From: Eledone cirrhosa
Lineage: Eukaryota
Assembly (NCBI GenBank): GCA_964016885.1
Contig: OZ024740.1
Span: 356,810,001 to 356,874,000, forward strand
Length of the DNA: 64,000 bases
Direction: 5' to 3'
The position numbers and the translations under genes are program-made. Below the pieces are notes generated by a model that did no database searches, was not told the origin of the DNA, and worked only from the letters and a program-made list of their open reading frames with translations. Positions 35,521 to 48,625 of this stretch are shown one piece after another (positions within the stretch are counted from its first letter, which is position 1; the number at the start of each line of letters is the position of its first letter).

Positions 35521-36946
35521 CTTCTACCTGGAGTTGCGACCGATAGATAGTATTATCAATTGGAAAGACCAATGGAAACATTGTTTCCTCGGTCCGATTT
35601 GACGAAAGTCGATCGATTAACATATGTGTATTCATATATGCCTATGCGTAGTAGCTAACGGTAACATCACGAACCTTTCAAGGAAAGGTTGTCGCGCCAC
35701 CCCTCCACACCTTTGCCTGCTCTGCTTGTTCGGCATACAGAAACCCAAGCGTGTGCGTTTCAAGCTCACGGGACATGTAAAAGCGGTACCCCAGAGGATA
35801 GCAAAAGGTATTCGCTGAAAGATCAAATCCAAATGCAAGTGGCCAACTCCATATTGATAGCTGGGATTAGGGAGGTTAAGAGACCGAGTCGCGCCAGATT
35901 GTCTCACTATGTAAATGCTATAAATGAATTTGGGAGTACAGCAGTTTGAAATGGTATGTAAACGCATGTATTACTACAGATGGACGGCAATTTCAAAAAA
36001 CGTCAAAAATGATCAGCTTCAAAATAGGGAAAGTCACGCATTTACTGTATTTTCTTTCGTAATTAAAACTATATAAATATGTTTTATGTTATATGTAACG
36101 ATATATATATATTATGTTCTTCTCTGTAACTAGATCCTTTCTCGTTACTTCTTAATCAAGCTATTTTATAAGATACCAAGATATCATTTAAAATTGGATG
36201 CTGCTACTCTGCGAGATTGGTATTTGTTCGTCACAGGAATTTTGTTTTTCGTTTATGTTTTATTACATCATATTATTTTCTATATTTTGTGAGTTGTTTG
36301 TGATGCTTGGTTTCAGCGTAGGAGCATTGATTTTTGTGAATACACAATATCTATTTACTCTGGCTGTATTAAATAAAACGTTTAAATATAATAGTTCACT
36401 AGATTTGTATTTATTGCTTTTGTGGATTTCTATAAGATATTTCATGTAAATGCTGTAAATAAGTTTAGGATTGCAACCGTTTGAAATGGAATATATATGC
36501 CTTACAATCGAAAGACTGCAATTTCAACCGAGTTAGGAATTGTCAGCTTCAAAATAGCTGAAGTCACGTGTTTATTATACATGCTATACAAGTTGTACAA
36601 TATTTAGAAGCAGTGATGCTAATTTAATGCGATGCGATTGCTTGCTTGTTTGCTTGCTTGCTTATCTGTAATGTAATACAGCCAAAAGGGCGCATAATGG
36701 GAAAATACATTGAAAGTAAGTTGACCCTGAAATGGGAATACAAATGGAATATAACAAGTTTCGCGTAAATCGGAGCACGTGTTCCCGACATATGGGATTT
36801 TTCCGGGTACCTTCATAAATATATAGAGAGAATGATAGAGAAAAAGAGATAGTGGTTGTGAGAGATTAGATTGAAAGAGAGACATAGAGAGAGAGAGAAG
36901 GAGACAAAGAAGGAGAATGGAAGAGAGAGATGGTGGTGTTGTTGTG

Positions 36947-37044
<98 letters not shown>

Positions 37045-37591
37045 TATGACCAGTGTATATAGATAACAGACACCCACATATATATATACACACATATATA
37101 TATATATATAACCCACACACATTTATATATATACATACACACACGTATATATATATGGGCCTTCCAGTTTCATTTCGTGTTATATACATGTCTGTGCATA
37201 TTTTAATTATTTAAAAACTATTTTTAAATGAAGGATTTTTTTAAAAAACTATTTTGAAGGGAACGTAACCCCACGGGTGGTCTCGTACTAAATATATATT
37301 AATATTCAGAATTAATTAACTTACATGCTCTTGTTGTTTTGCCTCAGATCAAACATGATCGAACAAAATTTAGACGTTCCAGTTATGACAGTGCTTTTTT
37401 TTGTCGACTGGGTAATGTATCTAAATGTATCCTTAAGGTATGTGTCATTCATTCTTTAAGAAATTGATACGAGAGATATTTTGGTGTTATTTCTAGCAGT
37501 TATGGGACCACGTACACGCTCCCTGATTTGTATGGTGTATTTGTTATCGTCTAAATTACACCAGTAATATTCTGGTTTATCTTTGTGTATC

Positions 37592-37793
37592 ATAATTGTT
37601 TCTACTTTTGGCACAAGGCCAGCAATTACCCAGTGCATTACTGGTACTTTATTTTATCGACCCGTAAGGATGAAAGGCAAAGTTAACCTCGGCGGGATTT
37701 GAACCCCCGCCGAGGTTAACTTCAGATCATACAGGGAGGTAACTCTATGCTTCAAAGCATGGCGCCCGACCCTCTACCGATACTGCCAATCCA
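37592..37793 (-). mobile_element. SINE family 1 with internal inverted duplication
   Basis: Family consensus plus palindrome 37682-37720. Confidence 0.9.
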
Positions 37794-40151
37794 ATACACA
37801 TCTTTGAGTATCATAATGAAATATTTACATTGCTCCAATCTAGTTGTCACGTTTTATGTATTAAACGAAAATTTGATTTTAATGCCAAGAGTCTCTTACA
37901 CGATATAATTTTAAGCTGCTAATATCAAAATCAGCTCTAATGCATTTTAATTGTCTGTCCTTTTTAAAGACACTCACAATGAATGAATAATAGATTATAT
38001 ATAATTTATCTTTTATATAAATGTTTTAAACTAGCTACGAATGACGTCCGTGAGCAAGATATATTTCAGATATATTATTACATCGAATATAATTACCTTT
38101 CTTTCTATATTTAGTTTGCAAATAGTTGGACAATTTTCTTTAGTAGTTTCTATGATAGTTCTTCCTATTTCGTCGAGGCTTTGTATACTACTGATAGGAT
38201 TCATTTCCACTGGTTGGTGTTTTGTTTATATATTTCATCTAACCAGAAAATTACCTCTACCTCCGTAATATCTCGATGTTGTTTCACTTCCGATACAACT
38301 TTTGTTAATTAGAAGTTGTTCAAAGCATCTCCTTTATTTCCAGCTGATTCTTTGTATGTGATAATATTATTGATTTTCTCGTTTCTTAGGTTTCGTTTCA
38401 ACAATTTTTCACTCAGTATATCCACACACTTACAAGTAATAATATCATCGTTCAATTACTATTTTTCTCCTGCGTGTATGAAAATATAGGTTTTAGTTGT
38501 TTGAGCTATAATGTAAACATTATATTTTAACATATAATAATCTACTGGATCATTTATAAAAGTTGGTTGATTTGAATTCAATTAACTGAAGTTCCCATTT
38601 CGTATTTTAAGTTCAATTCATTGACCATGGAAATAGTTTGATTCTCTCAAATAATAAATGAAAGAAAGAATAGCCACGTCAGTATAGCCATTGACAATTA
38701 TCTATCTTCAAACTATGGTAGAGAAATCCTGAGATCCTCCAAAACACACATTATATTTAAAGTGGTATTCATGCGAAGAGATACGATTCAACCTGACAAC
38801 CTCATACAGGTTTATAATTGAACAGTCTTACAAGCTATCGATCCAGTGAGCTTCGGCCATCTAGATATAATGATTTTCTTCCAATTTGCAAATTCATAAA
38901 ACCAACCGGTGTATCAATAGTTTTTTTCCTACATTAAATAGATGAGAGATAAATATACCTATAGGTAGGGTGTTAATCTACCGCATGTAGCTTTCCAAAG
39001 CGAAAATATTCAACTCTGCACTGCAGGTCAATTAATCATTCGCATATTCAGACGAATCCATTGTATTTTAAAGAGAAATATACTTTTAGCAGCCCAATCT
39101 TGTGGCTTAAAATCTCTGGAATGTTGATTGATAACCAAGTTACGGCACCTGGGCGTGTTGCTGATGATAGAGTTGAGTTATTTCTACTTGGAGCTCCATG
39201 AACTCGGCTCTGCATAGATAGTTGTTATAGCTTCAGTCTAGCATATAGACAGGGATGAAATGTGAACCAGGATCATTTCAACAATTTTTCACTCAGTATA
39301 TCCACACACTTACAAGTAATAATATCATCGTTCAATTACTATTTTTCTCCTGCGTGTATGAAAACATTGTCATTAATTTGAGGATTATTAGTACAAGTTT
39401 CCCATTTAGTAAATATAATTACCGAACGTTCCACAAATAGAAATCTTCAATGTATCTACAAAAGCAATCACGTTACATTAGATCACATTAAGAATGTTCA
39501 ACATCTTTTATATTGTAGCAATGTCTTCACCTCTGTTTCAACTGTACTTTTAATCACACTAATATCAATGTTATTCAAATCATCAAGAACAATTTACAAA
39601 TAAATCAATAAATGAAATATCGTTTGGACGAATCCATTGTATTTTAAAGAGAAGTATACTTTTAGCAGCCCAATCTTGTGGCTTAAAAACTCTAGAATGT
39701 TGATTGATAACCAAGTTACGGCACCTGGTCATGTTGCTGATATGTCTAATGTTGTGTAACTATTACATTATTTATCTGCTGGAATATTGACAAAACCATC
39801 ACTTCCTAATATACGTGTTGATTTGTCGTTTTATTTTACCTTCAGATCATTGGAATGTGTACCTTGACCGTGGAATAAGCCCCAGGCAAAAACAAATTTG
39901 TTTTTCCATGCCAGCAAACTCTTACATATGGAAGGCTGGCTGATGTTGCTCGGCACCAGAATAACGTCAGAATTAAATTTTTTTGTTTGAAATTTAACCG
40001 GCTGTAAGAATGTTTATTCAGTCTGTTTAATGGCTGATTTAGTGAAAACGAAAAAGGCTCCATTGACAGTCATGAATTTACCATTTGTAAAACTATTCTA
40101 AAATATTTCCGTAGTTGTGCCCCTTTACATTTTGGTATCAATTCAAATAAT

Positions 40152-40288
40152 TGTTTCTACTTTTTGGCACAAGGCCAGCAATTACCCAGTGCATTACTGG
40201 TACTTTATTTTATCGACCCCGTAAGGATGAAAGGCAAAGTTAACCTCGGCGGGATTTGAACTCAGATCATAAAGGGACGTAACTCTAT
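40152..40288 (-). mobile_element. SINE family 1, 5'-truncated, 10-bp TSD
   Basis: TSD TTCAAATAAT at 40142-40151 and 40289-40298. Confidence 0.9.
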
Positions 40289-40489
40289 TTCAAATAATAT
40301 TTCCTAATTGTGTTGAATACTCTTTCGATATATAGATTTTCTCTGCAATCTTGCGTAGTACGTGCTGCTCTTTTACAGTAAAAACCATAGAAATAATATG
40401 AAGCTGTAGAATATGTCATTTGGAATAACGTTTGAAACATTTCTCCTTCCAATTTTCTATTTATTTATTCTTTCCCACAATTAATTTTT

Positions 40490-40607
40490 AATAATTGTTT
40501 CTACTTTTGGCACAAGGCCAGCAATTACCCAGTTCATTACTGGTACTTTATGTTATCGACTCCGTAAGGATGAAAGGCAAAGTTAACCTCGGCGGGATTT
40601 GAACTCA
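40490..40607 (-). mobile_element. SINE family 1, 5'-truncated
   Basis: Family consensus from the B-box to the tail. Confidence 0.9.
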
Positions 40608-41083
40608 ATTAATTATTTTAATAATGCATTACCAAATTAATTACACCAAAGAAATAAATTCTTTAACATTTCATGGAATTAAATCAGTTCCTAGTAGGCA
40701 GCTTGTTATTACAAATCTTCGTTAACATAACTAAGTAAATGAATAGTAACTAATTGAATTTCTAAAATAAACAAGCGACTGTTTCAATGACTACAATTCA
40801 ATTAAAATATATTAAACGTTCATTAAAGGAAATATATATCATTGGCGAGTTCTATGGTTTGGTAGCAACACGTTGTGACATGTATCATTCAAATACTGAA
40901 ATAACCATATTTCAATAACTTTATTTTGTGTAGTAGCTACGCATTAAATAAATGTCAATGTTACTAGGTTTACAATAAGACTTTAATAATATTTACCCAA
41001 TGTGTAAAATGGTTTAAATTTTCCTGTCATTGAAAATGTTTCGAATTAGCTTTTACCTCCTCTTGTAACGAATGTCCTACAGC

Positions 41084-41373
41084 CAGGGCCGGATTTAATG
41101 GAGAGATTGCCCCGATCCCCCTGCAGTGGGGGCTCCCACCAGCGACGGCCATAGCAATTTAGTTGTGCCCTCAGATTGGCTTTTTAGTTTTAGGATGGTT
41201 AGAAGTTTTGAATTTAATACCTATAGGTATAACTTTTCAAATCCAGTTACTTGCATCAAGCTAACTATAATATGTAAAATTGGTGGGGGGGTGCTGTGTA
41301 TTCTATTTTTTTGTGTTTAAGGGGCCCCCAAACCTGAAGTGCCTCGGGACCCCAACGCCTAAATACAACCCTG
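41084..41373. mobile_element. hAT-type MITE
   Basis: TIRs CAGGGCCGGATTTA / TAAATACAACCCTG; 8-bp TSD CCTACAGC/TCTACAGC. Confidence 0.85.
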
Positions 41374-41842
41374 TCTACAGCTTTTAAACGTTTGTGTATG
41401 TCTGTTTATATACTAAAGAGGTTTCCTAAAGAATATACCTTTTGTTTAAAAATATTTTATTCGGCTGACGTCTCACATCTAGACATTAACATTTGTTTGA
41501 TGATTAGAAGTCCAGCTGTTTTCAGTTCCGAATCTAATACATCTTTGTTATTTGTTTTAATCAAATATATTGGGTTATCGATCAATAAATGCTACCATTA
41601 TTTTTCCTTTTGTAAGAATTACTAAATATATAATGATTTCCTCTAAAGTCTTATTTAAGTAAAATAGTCTTCCTTCCACTTGTGTCCCTAATGGTTACAA
41701 CATCTTATTATGGTAAAAAGAAATATATTATATGTTACCGATAATTTGTAAGAGAGATGCATATGTACGTCATGCCAATTATAGTTGAGTATATAGATAA
41801 GGAAATTATACACTCGAAACAAAACCACTGGCAAATTGACCA

Positions 41843-42210
41843 ATGGAATCAATGAAATCAGTGACTATTCAATTAATCAATGAAAACAAATAATAATCTA
41901 GAGAAATCAGTTATACAGTAGTAACAAAATCGACAAATTAACACAAAATAACATAACATACGAATTGGGCAAGGATAAGCGACAACATATAAATATCTAA
42001 AAATACATTCTGATAAAATAACATTTAGCAACAAGCTAATAAGACGATATACATACACACAGAAGAACGAAACTGCTGGCGTGAATATAAAATCGACATA
42101 AAATACTGGAAACACAATCTCCTCTATAACTCCAATTTTGTGAAACCTCTGTATAAATAAATAACCTACAGAATGTTTACATCCATGCAATTTCGTTGAC
42201 AACAGTCCGT
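41843..42210 (+). pseudogene. Decayed ORF divergent from the 38-41.7 kb ORF
   Basis: MESMKSVTIQLINENK**SREISY..HTEERNCWREYKIDIKYWKHNLLYNSNFVKPLYK; many TAA stops; the antisense frame is open. Confidence 0.35.
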
Positions 42211-42215
42211 AACAT

Positions 42216-42258
<43 letters not shown>

Positions 42259-42344
42259 AAAGGGTAAACAGAAATAACAACACAATCGGTACAGTATATG
42301 GAAGGAATATATTAGGTTAACGCTTGAAATAGCAGGAAGGGGGT

Positions 42345-42378
42345 CTTAAAGTTTCGGACGCTAGTCCTTCATTAGAAG
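42345..42378 (-). ncRNA. Degenerate minimal hammerhead in a PLE 3' end next to (TG)n
   Basis: Minus: CTAATGA AGGAC tagc GTCC GAAACTTTAAG (G5A change in the core). Confidence 0.5.
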
Positions 42379-42713
42379 AAAAAATGAGAAATTAGAAAGA
42401 TTGAAGGGACCGACGGGGTGGAATCGGAAAGAATGTTTTTAGATAAAAATAACAGGTCCATTCATGTTGCCATCTCTTAGAAAACTATTGATGTTGGCGT
42501 TTTGCTTATGATATACATATTTTTAGAAAAGTGGATGATGGAGCGCGTCTACCTGGAAAAATACCGTGTTGTATAGAGTTATACTAGTGCGCGCTTGTGT
42601 GTTGTTATACGTCCGTACGAAACTAAGAGGATATGTGTGTGTATATGTAAGTAAAAGAGTGCGCGTGTGCTTGTAAGTACGAAGCTCTGAGCAAAAGTAT
42701 GATATATATATAT

Positions 42714-43146
42714 ATAGTGAAAGAATGAAGAGTAACATGGTTGGTTGTACAACAAGGCGCTTTATTTCAGTTATTGACAAGTGTGTCATTGATCAGGTGA
42801 GTCTAGAGGTCACTAATCGCTTGAAGTTGCCTCACTCGATCTACATTACATTATTTACCTCTGATCAACACATCAGAATACGTAGGTATGCGACCTCTAG
42901 ACTCACCTGATCAATGAAACAATTGTCAATACCTGAAATAAAGCCCTTTGTTGTACAGCTAATCATGTTACTCTTCATTCTTTCACTATTATTACTCCAA
43001 GTATAACCTGCATAGGAATTACCGCGAACTCGCTGCCTAACTATGGAAACATCTTGTTGAGTCAAACAAAGCCGTACGTTAAAACTATCCACGACGAAGA
43101 ATACTGACAACCTCTAACTGGATTACCTATAAAGATAACTTGTTAT

Positions 43147-43149
<3 letters not shown>
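42714..43149 (+). mobile_element. PLE-type fold-back family D (inverted arms + tail) in (TA)n
   Basis: Arms 42714-42812 / 42890-42989; GAAACAATTGTC hammerhead 3' half; ~160-bp tail. Confidence 0.7.
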
Positions 43150-43241
<92 letters not shown>

Positions 43242-43979
43242 CGAAAAATCAGTGATGCATCTAAACTCAGTTTATTGCGTGTTACAATTGTTTCGCCGGC
43301 AGATAGCTCGAGACATGATCATTGTATGGATCTGTCTGATTCTATAACTGCGGGTTCTTCGGACATATGCAATGCTTTCGGAGCAAATGTTCTCACTGGG
43401 GTGTTAGCTTCAAAAAACACCTTCAAAAAACATCTTCCACTCTTGTCCTGCCATTGGCTGTTGTTTTTCTACGTCATCATAATTCTGGTCAATATTTGCT
43501 GCCACACTGGCCATCAGCTACTCTCCGTCCGACACACTTCAATGGACTCATGCTGGGTTTGGTATCTCACAAGTACACTCACACTCCTCACAAATATATA
43601 CCCACACATACACACACACATATAAATACACATACACATACACACACACGCAGACACATATCAAGAGTTTGTAACAAAGGGTTTATACATATATATGGTG
43701 GGTACGTGTGTGTGTGTGTGTGTGTGTATAATCAGGTTTACGATAATCTTTCTATGCTGACAAAGACATTTCTAGGGACTGTACTACGCCAACCTTTTCT
43801 TGGTTTTTGGCTCGGTACTTATTCAGCCAAGTTTCATACGTCGACCCACTGCAGGACATAAAGAAACGTCAGTGGGTGTTAAGATGGAATCAGTCCAACG
43901 TCCACACAAATACACACACGGACACGTCCATATCTATCTATTTATCTATCTATCTATCTCTCTATATATATTTTCATAT

Positions 43980-44751
<772 letters not shown>

Positions 44752-44792
44752 ATAAACGAAAGATATATACTTTATATCTTCTCTATTTATTT

Positions 44793-44862
44793 CATTATAT
44801 ATATTTCGAAGATGTAAAATTTTATATATAACATAAACCAGAACATGTCCTCTTCAGACAAA
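44793..44862 (-). ncRNA. Minimal hammerhead motif, related to 6191-6246
   Basis: Minus: gtattttgt CTGAAGA GGACATG...CATCTTC GAAATATATA. Confidence 0.55.
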
Positions 44863-45391
44863 ATACATATGAGATGTATAATTTTTCATGATATGCTGGT
44901 AGCCAACGAGCTGGTAAGATCGGTGTCCATCATCCTAGCACGCCAGTAAAAATAAAGTCGCTCTACCGTTACAGTTTCGTCTGATAACAAAATATTGGCG
45001 ATGCCATAATATACAATAGCCTATACTCACACGTTTTACTTGATCCACGCATGCATTTGAATGTACACTATGTGAGAGCGGCAATGCAAGGTTCTTCCAT
45101 CCTCTAGCAGGTCAATATTTATTTATACTTTCAAAGAAGCCATCTAAAGAGTCTCAAGGTCTTGAATATAGTCTATTTTATATTAAAGAATCGTCAATAT
45201 TTTGTTATCAGACGAAACTGTAGTAATGGTGACTTTAATGCTAGAGTGAGTGTATTTTAGAATACTATCCTAGTAATCTCCCATAACTAACTTCATAAAA
45301 GTTACTCTATATTTGTATTTTGTATATAATTCTCTAAATGGTATTTTTAGCTATCATTTATAGACATCAGTGACAAATAAATTTCTGTTTG

Positions 45392-45497
<106 letters not shown>

Positions 45498-45516
45498 CTC
45501 TCTCTCTATATATATA

Positions 45517-47069
45517 TAAAATTTTTAATAGAAATACTATTAAAATGTCTTACTCTACGACTCCTAACCTTGCACATAACATCACAGCTTCAAATTTAGC
45601 TAAACTACCTAGCCGTAGGAACACGTGCAACCCTGTAGTTAGTACTAACTGTAATTGTAGGAATCGGGTTGATTGCCCCCTATCCGGGAAATGCCTCTCT
45701 AGTAAAATTGTCTACAAATGTAAGGTTGAAACACCCACGTCTCGTAGGGCCTACATAGGGTTAACTGCCAATAGATTCAAGCAGCGTCTTTACATGCATA
45801 CCCATTCTTTTCGTTACCCTCTAAGAAGGAATATGACGTCATTTTCAGCTTATATATCTGGAGTCTAAAAGATAACCACACCCACTATAAGTTACACTGG
45901 GAGATCCTAGCTTGGGCTAGATCGTATAACGGAAATAAAAGACCTGTGAGCTCTGCGCCGCTGAGGCCCTGGAAATACTCTACGCCACAGACCACATCTT
46001 AAACAAAAAATCTGAGGCAATTTCGGCTTGTAAACATAAATTGCACAAAACTTTCCTGTATTAGAGCCCCACATTATACCCTAACGGATAGTACGATCTA
46101 TACGTGGATATTTTACGTCTTGATGTGTATATGTTGTTTATACCATTACTTATTTGCATAGGTAAGTATATATTACCTGTATGTTTTGTAAAGGTACGTA
46201 TACTTTCTCGTACGTATATTTGATTGTATATGTTATGGCGTATATTTTTATATATTCTGGTACATATGCTTTTGGTTATGTGTATACGGGAATTTTGCGT
46301 CTGTGTGAGTATGCAGGTTCGTACGTATGTTGGGTGTGTGTATATGTGTACTTCATGTTTTGGTTGACGTGCGTCTCCGAACATTTGTGTATTTACATGT
46401 AGGTATGTGTGTGCGCTTGTTATATACGTATTTATTTATTTATATACGTTTATTTAATTACTTATTTATTTGTATACACGCCCACACACACATATGTATA
46501 TGAGCGTGGTTTTGTATACCTATGGCGAGTGTTCTCGCGTATGCTTGTGTATGTACGTATTTGGATGCGTGTATGTATTTATTTAATTTCAATTACCTCT
46601 GTATTGTATTTTATTTACTTTATTCTTAACTCTGAAGCGGAGAATCATTCGGTTTCCTAGTTAGAATTTTAGTCTTTGCGTGGTTTTGTCTTTGCGTGCA
46701 ATTGTTCTCCACGCTCCACATATGACGTATTATCTTCGTTTTTTTCCGTTCATTGCCAGAGAACGTCTCTATGAACCACCTAAGAGAACATTAGTCTACG
46801 ACTTCTTTTATACCATAAACGTGGTTCTGTCTTTGCGCGTAATTGTTTTTCACCGCTCCTATTAATGACGTATTATATTCGTTTTTTCCCGTTCTTTGCC
46901 AGGGAACGTTTCCACGAACCAAAGTATCGTCTTCCTGTCTTCATCCGGTTGCAAAGTTTTTGAAATATCCACTTCTGCGTTTACAGATTGACTTTGTTAG
47001 TTTCAGAAGATCCCGTTAAGGGTGAAAACAGCGATTCTTTGCTTAAACATTAATCTGTTATTTTAATAA

Positions 47070-47070
<1 letters not shown>
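45517..47070 (+). mobile_element. PLE family B (Naiad-type) second copy, tailless
   Basis: KIFNRNTIKMSYSTTPN..CNCRNRVDCPLSGKCL..YIGLT; 3'UTR highly similar to 7349-8359; ends in (TA)n. Confidence 0.92.
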
Positions 47071-47134
<64 letters not shown>

Positions 47135-47138
<4 letters not shown>

Positions 47139-47922
47139 TATACTTTGGGAGGGTCATGTTGCCAATAAGAAACACACGCATCAGTTGCTTTCACTTCAAT
47201 TTATTATAATAAATTTATAAATTTAGGAATTTATAAATTTCTGGTTGGTTGGTTGGTTCCACAACCAGATAGTTGTTTATATATATTGTCAAAGTTCTAA
47301 AATAGAACATGAGGGTAAATTAGAGAACATAGAAATAAAAATAGAATCTACACACAGAAAAGACGCAATGTTTAGACAAATCACAGAGCCAATAAACATA
47401 AAAGAATTACAACCAAAATTAAATAGAAAATATGAGTGGAACAGCAACATCACAACTTACAATTAAGGACAAAATGAAAACACACACACACATAGAACAA
47501 ACAACCAACCGGTAACATGTAAATAAACAAATAAATAAACAAATATAAACACACACAGACACCCGGATGTGGCGCATGCGGAGACTGAGCACACAACACA
47601 CACACAGAAACAAAATGGCGTAGGAAAGAACAAAGGAGAGGCACAAAAACAAAGAAAAGAATCCCCAGTCACTGAAGAGGTCACAGAATGTGTGACGAAA
47701 GAACTTTGACAATATATATAAACAACTATCTGGTTGTGGAACCAACCAACCAACCAGAAATTTATAAATTCCTAAATTTATAAATTTATTGTAATAAATT
47801 GAAGTGAAAGCAACTGGTGCGTGTGTTTCTTATTGGCAACATGACCCTCCCATAGTATAACAATATCGGTTTTAACACACGATTTCAGATAAAGAATCTT
47901 GCTAAACAAATTCAGAAACGAA

Positions 47923-47923
<1 letters not shown>
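47135..47923 (+). mobile_element. PLE family A short copy: tailless inverted arm (47135-47297) + tailed 3' end
   Basis: Matches 14715-15344; hammerhead 47668-47710 (GTCA CTGAAGA..GAAAGAACTT TGAC). Confidence 0.93.
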
Positions 47924-48020
<97 letters not shown>

Positions 48021-48078
48021 GGGGTTTAAGAAAAATCGAAGTCAGTGTTGCAGTGTACAAACTTTACTGGCATATATA

Positions 48079-48135
<57 letters not shown>

Positions 48136-48544
48136 GCACGTGTGTGTTATGTAGAGAGTGTTTCAATAATTTACTAATTTAATATTTCATATATAAATAT
48201 ATACGTTATTAACAGTTAGCGTGGTGTATTGGAGAGTGGTTGTGGTGTATATGAGTGCGTATATGAGGGCCTTGTGCCTAACGTAGAAACAATTATATCT
48301 GGTCAAGAAAAGAGAATATAAATCAGTTGTAGAAATTTAAATTACTTGTCACCAACGTTATTTTTTGTTTAAGGTATTCTCTCACGTTCGGGTATCATAC
48401 TTTTATATACACACCAAATAATATATGTATGTCAATGTGCCTTGTTATTTTCCTGTCTAGTTATGTGTGTTTGTGTCTGTGTCTCTATGTGTGTGTATGT
48501 GTATGTATGTGTGTGTCTGTGTGCGTGAGTGTGTATGTGCGTGC

Positions 48545-48625
<81 letters not shown>

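Larger units (their letters stand above)
38030..41703 (-). pseudogene. Unidentified large decayed intronless ORF, interrupted by two SINEs and a hAT MITE
   Basis: Long stop-poor frames, e.g. LIDNPIYLIKTNNKDVLDSELKTAGLLIIKQMLMSRC, EGEMFQTLFQMTYSTASYYFYGFYCKRAAR, DVILVPSNISQPSICKSLLAWKNKFVFAWGLFHGQGTHSNDL, EVEVIFWLDEIY; frame continuous across MITE removal. Confidence 0.55.

Noticed and set aside
35909-35949. Ankyrin- or Fn3-like peptide VNAINEFGSTAV
   Set aside because: Immediately followed by a stop in both repeat copies; too short to support.
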